This document shows, piece after piece, positions 1 through 8,535 of a DNA stretch of 36,742 nucleotides (its first letter is position 1; each line of letters begins with the position of its first letter). Position numbers and translations under genes: made by a program. The stretch lies in IMG/VR virus record IMGVR_UViG_3300020045_006345. The stretch is one strand, 5' to 3'. The notes beneath the pieces were generated by a model. It was not told where the DNA came from, ran no database searches, and saw only the letters and a program-made list of their open reading frames with translations. The DNA is from an uncultured virus (IMG/VR IMGVR_UViG_3300020045_006345). Its lineage: Duplodnaviria > Heunggongvirae > Uroviricota > Caudoviricetes.

Positions 1-2
1 GG

Positions 3-272
3 ACGGAGTATGGCACTTGTTTTGAAGATAAAACCAATTTAGACCACGTATACCAAGGCCCATTACGTTTCGGAGAACTTCGCGGACACTATTTTGAAAC
101 GGCGCAAAAAGATTTTGCAAACTTCAGCCGTTATGGAGACATACAGCGTTTCGCCGTAACACACTTAGACCAACACGACAGCGGCGCTCACCATAGGCAT
201 ACCCCTAAATATTTTGCCAATGGTGAAACCCGCCTTAACGTAAGTGAAGAGAGGCACTACGCAACTGACTAA
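3..272 (+). CDS. 3' end (partial) of a convergent gene, possibly a divergent adenylosuccinate synthetase (PurA-like) protein
   Basis: Not in the ORF track. Frame +3 is open from the window edge to TAA at 270-272: TEYGTCFEDKTNLDHVYQGPLRFGELRGHYFETAQKDFANFSRYGDIQRFAVTHLDQ...KYFANGETRLNV. The pattern D-x-T-N...Q-G-x-L-R-F-G...A-V-T-H-L-D recalls the C-terminus of divergent PurA-like proteins (from memory). Confidence 0.5.
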   Translation, partial: TEYGTCFEDKTNLDHVYQGPLRFGELRGHYFETAQKDFANFSRYGDIQRFAVTHLDQHDSGAHHRHTPKYFANGETRLNVSEERHYATD

Positions 273-288
273 ATACGTTAGTGATCGA

Positions 289-3200
289 CTAAGTTAAATT
301 GTACTTATCTACGAGGTAGCCTAATTTTGGGTTTACCTCGTAGCCGCGTTCTTGACGATTTTTGGTGTGTTCCTGAATCGCTTTGATTGAACGTTTGATG
401 CTATCAGCTTTGATAGGCCAATTTGGGTGCTTTTTATTCCACTCAACGATCTCTACTCTTGGTAGAGGTTCGCCATCTAGTTTCGCGTGGGCAGCTTTGC
501 TTACAAGCGAATTTCTAAGATCCGTAATCGCATGTTCTGCAGCTTTTGTGTAGCCACGTTCAGCGTAGCGCACCTCTAAGTTGGAACTACTAAAACCAAG
601 TGCCTGGAGGAACGCTTCCGCTGCGTTAATGTCTTTTATTTTCTGACCATCTAAGGATCTAGCGTCTTCCATGGCATACCTTCCAGCTTTCATAACGTCC
701 TTAATTACTTTAGGTACCGACTGCTCGAAGGCTCTATAAACGTGACCATCTGAACCAAGCTTTAAACCTTCTGCTACGTTTTGCAAAATACTGCCAAAAG
801 GCCCGGTTAAGCTGGCGAGATAGTTTGTCGCAGCATCTCTACCTTCCAGTTCCATGATTGGCTGGCGGAACAGTAAGTCGTGCATGCTGGTTCTATCCGC
901 TAAATTGATAGGGGTTAGGGCATTTCCGATGCCCTTTGTTAAGAGCGTAGCGCCTGTTTCACCAAACCAGTCAGTTAGTGTGGTACGGAGTTCACGTTCA
1001 GTATCCCAAGGCTCATCGTCATCCCCTGGTACCAAATTGCCGATCATATTCAAGATAACCATAATCGCACCAGTTAACGGCATGCCCAAAGCTCCAGCGA
1101 AAGCGCCTTGTAGAACGAATAAAGCGTTGAACGTTCTGGCAGCTTCTTTAATCTCCTGTTGTAAAGCGTCGCGTTCTGGGCCAGGAGGTAATTTCTCCCA
1201 AGCATTTTTGGCATAGGCTATCCGACCTGCAGCGGTAGAACCCCACAGCCATAACATGGATTGTTGATACTTCTTAAACTGAAACGCTACGCCAGCTAAC
1301 GGGCCTCTGAAAAGTCGTGCTGCGTTCTCAGCGGTATAGTCAAAATGCGCCTTAGTATTAACTTCCCGTGCGTAAGCCATTGCCCTTTCATGTAACGTAC
1401 CAGGGGTTGTATTCGGGTCTTTGGCTAACTTATCCCGTTCCAAACGATACGCAGCGAGAAGAGTCATCTCCCGGTTTGCGCGTTCTCCGTGATGAAACAT
1501 CCAACCCATAGATTTAGTCAGTTCGTGTAACTTACCGCCGTGCTCTTCCCCGGCAGCTCCTACGCCTGCGTGGTCGAAGGTTTGGGTTCTTGAAATATCC
1601 CCCGCGTCTTTAATCTCTTCGAAGAATGTTATTTCATCTTCTAATTCATCCGCTAGGGCAGTATTATTAGCTTTCAATGCCTCTAATCGTCTTAGTTTCA
1701 AAACCTGCGTTATAGACCAGTTACCATCTTCGTCCGCAGCGGCTGGGCCTCTAACGTTATTAAGAGCTTCCTTCAACGACGTTACAGCTTGTAAATTCCC
1801 GGCCTGTTTAGCCGCCGCAAGCTGGGTCTCTATTTGCGCTATCTGTGCCGCGTTTTGTTTTTCGTACAGGTACGTGTACGCTTTCTGGCCCGATAAAAGG
1901 TAGCTCCAGCCATTGTTACCTGCCCAACCCATAGACCTCGCTTGATTGAATTCCTGAAGTGTCTTACCAAACGCTTTCAGAGTATCCACGGTACCGTGTC
2001 GCCCTATGACGACTGGCATCGCTACGCCTGGGGTTTGGAGGATGTTTACTAATCCACTCGATACCCCGAAACCTAACATGTATATGAACCCTAAAGCTCT
2101 TACCCGCTGTGCGATAATGTCCATAGATGAGCTGTTGCTTCGCATTGCGTCTTCATAGGACTTATACACCTCGTTGATAGCGTCCGAAGCTTTACGACTG
2201 TTCTCTGGAGTTATCAGTTTAGACCGTTCTATCCTTGTATCTAACTTTTGTTCATGGCCCGATAGACTAGCGTGTACTTCTTTTGCTGAAGCACCGGTAA
2301 ACTTGTTTATCAAGGCTTGTTCTGCCTCTAAAATTTTCAGCGCGGGGTCATTCGGATTTAGCGTAGCTTTACGAAGATCGTTTTCAGCCCTAATAGCCCC
2401 CGCAATTTGATCGTCAGGAACGTTGTTGCTTTCCATAGTCGCCCAACGGAACTTTAGATCTCGGGTAGCATCTAGTTCAGCTTGCGTTTTAGCTAAGTGG
2501 TGAATCGCGGTTATTCTGTACGTTTCCTTGGCTTCTTCCAAAGCTTCGCGCATTTTTGTACCGTAAATCATATTTGCTAACTGCGTAGCTCCGTGGTGCA
2601 TAGCGTGTGCAAACGATCTTAACTGATCGGTCTCATAACCCTCAACATTTTCACTGTGTTGCGCACTGTGACGCATAGAGATTTCCGGTAACGAGGCTAG
2701 CATCATCTGGTAGATTTCGTCTTTTATAGTCTCCCTGGCGTTAGCGTCCGATACACTTTTGTCAATTTGTTGCAAGACATCGGTAATAAACGCGGCGGAA
2801 CTAATACCCATGTCTAGTTTCGATAAACCCTCGATGTTGGTACCTATACCAAATTGGGTGCCGCCTTTCGCGGTAAATTCAGTAGCATATTCGTCACGCG
2901 CAATATCGGATTGAAAAGCTCTAAAGGTCATCTTTCCAGTAGTATTATTCTTACCGTAGAACCAGTGATCCCCAAAGCGACTTAGTGGCGCGTAGTACCA
3001 GTTGAGTGATTTACTTTCGAACTCGGCACGTAACTGCGCAATTAATCTTTGCCTTGCGCTACTATCTAAGACATCTGCGGTTATCTGGTCTTCCAACGCC
3101 CGTAATCTGGCAGCAAATATGTCGTTGTGCTGTTTGTTTGCTACAGAATATATTTCCTTAGCTTTTGGAGACAACGCGGCAAAATCTGGGGCAAACGTTC

Positions 3201-6200
3201 TGTACGCCGCTTTACGCTCGACATTAACGTCTACTTTATTCGGTTTAGAGGCTCTAAAAGCATCCTGATCCGCAGCAACTTTATTTAGTTCCGCTAAAAA
3301 GGCTTGTGCGGTAGCAGGATTGCTAAATCGTGCAGAGCCACCTTTAAAGTTTACGCCTCCTAATGCCGCCGCGATAGCTTCAAGTTTATTCCGATTAACT
3401 TTACCAAATTGGGTCTGGTTGTACGCTTCCCACATAAGGGTCTCATCGTCCTGTTTTACCCCGCTCCAGGCTCTTGACAAATCGGTGTCAGCTTTTCTGG
3501 AATCCTGCATAAGCTTGTCCAGTTTATGCTTCATCGCTTTAGGTAACGCTTTCCAACCTTCCATCGTGTGTTGAGATCTGCGTAACTCACGGTCTACGCT
3601 GTTGGTACGCTCTGTCATAGCGTGAACGTAATCCCCAAGTCCCGGTAAGAATTTTCTTGTCCCGGAAGCTATCTGGCGTACAGTCAAAAATGCCAATCGT
3701 TGAGCGTATGTTTGAGATCTAGCGTTCTTTGACGCTTCGCCCAAGCCATCTTTCACGCCGTCCAACCAGTCAGATAATCTGCTGAACTGTGGTCCCATCT
3801 CGACATTGGCGCGGAATTCGTCGCCTTTTAGCGGGTTACCGGCACTGTGTAAGCTGGCGCGTAACAGCGAATTAAGGTCATTTTCGGTCATCATACCGGA
3901 CAAGAAGCCACGGCCCAATCCGACTTTGACTAAATAAGCTTTCACTTGGCTTATCAATCTGCGGTACCAGGGTTGCGTTTGGCTACGTTCGCCCAATTTG
4001 GCGATAACTTCCGCCATAAACGAATCGCTACCTTCGGTCAGGTGATCGTAGTTTTCTTTAACATCGTTCCACACCTGTTGTGCCAACGAACCTGGGATTT
4101 TTGCACGGTTCGTAATTTGGTTGATAAGGTTTCGGTAACCTTGTTCACCAAGCATTTTGCGTAGGTTGTAATGTTCGCCAATTTCGTGCAATAGTACGGC
4201 GTCAAGACGGTCTTTAGACGTCGAGTTGAGATCCACGTACACCTTACCCTTGTGGTACATAGCCTCTTCGTTGCCGTTTAACTTATCGGCAGAAATAGGC
4301 CATTTTTCTTTGCCCTGTGTGAAGATCAGAACGCCCTGGTTGACCAAACGCTCAATACCCTTACCGAATGCACCAGTTGCGGTAGAAATGGCTTCCTGAG
4401 CGTTAGAGAACGTTTCTTTTACTTCGTTTTGAGCTTTACTAAACCTAATATCGTCCGTAGTTTTGCTGAAACCTCCATTGTTCAAAGTTGCAGATTTTAT
4501 GTTCGAGGGTGCAAAAGTAACCAACTCTACTGTTTCGTCGTCGTACCGTAGCACTACACCATCGTATCCGTCCTTTTTGAAAGATTCCGTTATCTCGTCA
4601 ATCTTTGCCTGAGACGCTTGTTTCAGGTATTTTTTATTTTGTAGACTAGCAACATAAATCTTTTTGTTGGCAGAGAATAACGGCATCTCCGTAGGCTCCC
4701 CGTTACCTGCTTTGATGTTCGAGTACGTTTTCGCCATTCGAATGTCGTTAGTCGTATAGACCCCACGACTTAACCACCCAGTATCTTTTCTATTCGGGTG
4801 GTTAACATCGAACACGTTAAAACTATCAGCCGTACCGTGGAACATAACTAAAGGTTCCCCGTTATCGTCTACAAACCCCGCGAAATTGGAAAATGTTCGC
4901 TGGGCGGGTTCATCATCCGAAACCACTTTAGGGATATCGCTTAACCGTAGGCCATTAGACTCCCAATCCCCATAAAACTGCTTGAAATTATCAGTTCTAA
5001 CTTGGATCCATTGTTGCTTACTTAGGTTAGAAGGCTCTCCGTTTGGAGCCATTAGCGCACCCTCTTTCGCACTTCCATCCGCGTTGAAATACCTAGCTTC
5101 TACCTCTTGGAACTGTTTGGTAGCGTCACTCGCACCTTGACGGCTAAACTTAGGCCCATCACCTTCGTCATACTCGCCGTCCCACGGAAGATCCTCGAAT
5201 TCAGGTAGTTCGTAGACGCCCTGTTCTTTTGCCTCTTCTTGGGCTTCATACTCTCGGTCTTCAATGTCTTTTTTAGCTTGGTTTTCCCAACCTTCTGGGG
5301 TGTACGTCGGATTCCCTCGCTCAGACTCGTATATAGCCATCATCAAGTCGTGATCGTCGGCACTCTCAGGGAGGTACCCAAGCTCTTTCATAGTTTCTAA
5401 GTGTGAAGATACTGTTAGGCCATCTTCTTTAAACAACTCGTTATTTAATCCGCGATAGCTTGCTTGGCTGTGCCTTTTTGCCCACGTTTCAGGGTCAATA
5501 CCCTCGGCGTCCGCTCGGCTGACGCCGCCGCGTTTTGCCAAAGCCACCCGTAACTCGTCTCTACTAGTATCGATAGGGGCGCTCTTACGTTCATGGTACC
5601 CACGTTTCTGATATGACTCGCCTATTAGGACTTCTTTCCCATCGATAGCGGCCTGTATTAACGGTACCATCTGGCGTACCGTTTTAGGGTACCCGTATAA
5701 GCCTAAGCTGTTTGCGATATCGATTAGCTCTTTTTTAAAAGACCCAGGGGTTCTTTTATCTGGGTGTTTTCTATTTTCAGCTAATGCTACTTCCGCTAGC
5801 TTAGATCTAGCTGCCGCTTGTGCAGGCGCGTCTGGGGCTTTTGGAGCTTGTTGTTCAGCAACTGGAGCTTGTTGTTCAGCAACTGGAGCTTGTTGTTCAG
5901 CAACTGGAGCTTGTTGTTCAGCAACTGGAGCTTGTTGTTCAGCAACTGGAGCTTGTTGTTCAGCAACTGGAGCTGTTGGAGTAACACCGTTTCTAAGATC
6001 TCGTAGTTTCTGCACATACGCTGCCGCCTCTTCCTCAGATAATGGCTCATCCAGACCTGCCCAGCCGTCTTCTATTTCTTGTTCCTCTGGGTTTGGTACC
6101 ATAGACCGATCCATAGGCTCAGTATCGGTAGGCTCGACAGGTGCCGCAAAAGGTTTAGTGGTATCTTCATGCTTTAACCACTCTTTAAGATCGACCATAC

Positions 6201-8531
6201 TTACGGGCGTTATGTTTTCCGCCCCGTCCCAACCTTCATCGTAATTCGATTGGTAGGCTGCTAAAGCTTCTTCTGGTGAAGCGTAACCCAACATAACTTT
6301 GTGCTCATCGAAGGGTCGACCTTTGATGTCTGGATCAACCTGATCTATTACATACGCGGTAGTGGCGTTAGCAATGTCATCATGGGTTAGGCCATTTTTG
6401 ACGAACACGTCTATTGGGTCTTTATCCGCTCCGGTAGCATCTGGGATCTCACCATAGTGCCCCGACATAACGTTGAAACTCCCGCTACCGTCTTTCCAGT
6501 AGCGTTTAGATCCATCCACGTTTTCGATAGCGATAGGAATCCCTTGAAAATCCGTATTGGCTTTCGGATTTTCTTCTGGATTTAACCGTTGCGCAATATT
6601 GTTGTGTGGAGACGTCGCGGCGAAATTAGCTGCAGCGATATCGATTGGTCTATCAGGGGTTATTTCTTCCCTGGTTTCTTGTGGTCTTTCTTGCGGGGCT
6701 GTGTTCTGGCTTTGGTCATTTTGTATGTCAGGTTGTGCTTGCGCGTTAAATAAATCGTCAAATTGGTTTCCGACTACGGCTCTTATACGCTCGACTTTGC
6801 CGTCCAGCTTCGTGCCTCCGCCATTAACGCCTAATGCTGTAGCGACACTATTTATGGCACTTGCTTTAGTAGTGGCGTCCGTGAATCGACCTTCGTCTAG
6901 GGCATGAAGTATCGCTGCCCCATTAGCCATAGCGAAACTCCACTTAGCCCTAGTTACTTCCTCCGGCGTAGCCTCGGGATCGTGGATAGTACGCGTAGCT
7001 TCCGCTATCGCGTTCGAAATTATTTCGTCTTTAGTTTTGGGTTCTTCAACCCAAGTATCTTCCTGTACTGGAGCTTGTTGTTCAGCAACTGGAGCTTGTT
7101 GTTCAGCAACTGGAGCTTGTTGTTCAGCAACTGGAGCTTGTTGTTCAGCAACTGGAGCTTGTTGTTCAGCAACTGGAGCTTGTTGTTCAGCAACTGGAGC
7201 TNNNNNNNNNNNNNNNNNNNNNNNNNNNNNNNNNNNNNNNNNNNNNNNNNNNNNNNNNNNNNNNNNNNNNNNNNNNNNNNNNNNNNNNNNNNNNNNNNNN
7301 NTTCAGCAACTGGAGCTTGTTGTTCAGCAACTGGAGCTTGTTGTTCAGCAACTGGAGCTTGTTGTTCAGCAACTGGAGCTTGTTGTTCAGCAACTGGAGC
7401 TTGTTGTTCAGCAACTGGAGCTTGGGCTGCGACTATGGCTTTTGCTGACTCTCCAGTATCTATACCCACTAAGGCTGCTGTAGCTACGGTACCTGTAGAC
7501 CTACCCGACTCATCGACAAGTGTTGGTCTTACCTCTTGGGTTAGCTGTACTTGGGTTTCGGCAACCGGATCAGCTTGTACTTCTTGGTCAGATTGTACTT
7601 CTTGGTCAGATTGTACTTCTGGGGTAGGTGCTTTGTCACGATTCAGAAGTAAGTGTGGTGCGCCAAAACCTGCGCCCATAGCACCACCGGATAGTGCTCC
7701 CATAGCAGCGGCACCACCAACCCCTTTCATAAGGTCTTCTTCGCCCATTGCGGCGTTGGTCTGGTATTGCTCTTGCGGAGACTGTAAGCCCTCTTCCCCG
7801 GCTTCTGTGGCGGTTTCTTTGCCTAATTTAGCAAGACCTCTACCTTTTACCGTTCTAGCACCCGTAACCACGTCGGTGGCAACGTCACCCAACATACCTG
7901 CTGAAGCTGCGCCAATACCCGCTGTCGCTAACCCACCTAAAATAGCAGGTGCAGCATAGTCAGATCGATCTCGACCTTCGGCCTGCGCTTGGCTGGCAAT
8001 GCTACCGGTAGTCTGTGCGCCTTCTATGCCTGAGCCTAGTGTTGCTAGTTTTAACCCGGCATCTTCGAGGGCTTTCTTGCCACCTCTGGCTAAGATACCC
8101 CGTGCTACTGCGCCAGTTGGTGTTAAGCCAACTAAAGTTGCGGGAGCACTTTCAGCTACGGTACCGAGAATTGAGCGTGGGTTTTGAAGTGCGGCTTTAC
8201 CAGTCTCAACGAAACCGTCGGCATCCGCCACAGCTTGCTCCGCTGCTTGTTGTTCGGGACTTAGGCGTTGACGTAGCTTTTCGTGGACATCTTGGAGGGT
8301 CTTGGCTTCTTCGGTCGTGTCTCGACCTAAAAGGCCAGATAAACCTGAGACGCTTTGTTGGACACCAACTACCCCTTGGGCTAGTTTGGTGCCGACATCC
8401 GACAGCATCCCTGGTTTATCTTCAGGTTCTTCCGTTGTGAGAGCTGGTATACCCCTGTGGACTCCAGTGCCGTAATCAATAGGTTTATAGCCTTCTGTTG
8501 GTGCGGAGTAGTCTACAGGTTCGTATGCCAT
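289..8531 (-). CDS. Giant polyvalent internal-virion/ejection protein (~2,750 aa; exact length unknown because of the gap) with InPase, ART, metallopeptidase and PLxRFG modules
   Basis: Track ORFs 7020..8630 and 289..6930 are one gene. After the N gap the APVAEQQ frame continues without a stop as APVQEDTWVEEPKTKDEIISNAIAEATRTIHDPEATPEEVTRAKWSFA into MANGAAILH. The probable start is ATG 8531 (MAYEPVDY), 4 nt after the upstream stop. The N-terminus is Gly/Ala-rich and contains EAGEEGLQ. Confidence 0.85.
2940..3020 (-). other. PLxRFG motif region of the giant protein
   Basis: YYAPLSRFGDHWF, the signature of phage 'PLxRFG domain' large proteins. Confidence 0.75.
3800..4430 (-). other. Zincin-like metallopeptidase module of the giant protein
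   Basis: EAMYHKGKVYVDL...AVLLHEIGEHYNLRKMLG...FMAEVIAKLGE: an HExxxH motif with a downstream Glu, as in polyvalent-protein metallopeptidases. Confidence 0.7.
4435..5065 (-). other. ADP-ribosyltransferase module (ART-PolyVal-like, H-Y-E type) of the giant protein
   Basis: LMAPNGEPSNL...QVRTDNFKQFYGDWE...VDDNGEPLVMFHGT...GVYTT...GYDGVV...ELVTFAPSNIKSATLNNGGFS...DIRFS. H (HGT), Y (GVY) and E (ELV) are all present. Confidence 0.8.
5842..5974. repeat. 21-nt perfect tandem repeat (tggagcttgttgttcagcaac), about 6.3 copies, encoding APVAEQQ
   Basis: Read directly from the sequence. The copy number may be collapsed by assembly. Confidence 0.95.
6175..6550 (-). other. Inorganic pyrophosphatase-like module (polyvalent InPase) of the giant protein
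   Basis: GIPIAIENVDGSKR...MSGHYGEIPDATGADKDPIDVFV...YVIDQ...FDEHKVMLGY...AYQSNY...GWDG, with the family I PPase-like motifs HYG, DxDPxD and DEHK. Confidence 0.85.
7067..7424. repeat. Second array of the same 21-nt repeat, interrupted by a 100-N scaffold gap (7202-7301)
   Basis: About 6 copies on each side of the gap. The true length is unresolved. Confidence 0.95.
7575..7620. repeat. 18-nt tandem repeat (ttgtacttcttggtcaga), about 2.5 copies, encoding EVQSDQ
   Basis: Read directly from the sequence. Confidence 0.9.
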
Positions 8532-8535
8532 TATG

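Noticed and set aside
3..272. PurZ / 2-aminoadenine (Z) genome
   Set aside because: Only a C-terminal fragment is visible, it lacks recognisable PurZ motifs, and the partner genes are not in the window.
268..293. Bidirectional terminator between the convergent genes
   Set aside because: Only 5-bp AT-rich stems (ACTAA/TTAGT) with no U-tract, too weak to call.
6930..7301. Programmed frameshift or pseudogene between track ORFs 7020..8630 and 289..6930
   Set aside because: The frame change is explained by the arbitrary 100-N gap, which is not a multiple of 3 or 21. The APVAEQQ frame is open on both sides.
5842..7424. 21-nt repeats as a CRISPR array
   Set aside because: The repeats are head-to-tail with no spacers, are a multiple of 3, and lie inside a coding frame. 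No cas genes are present.
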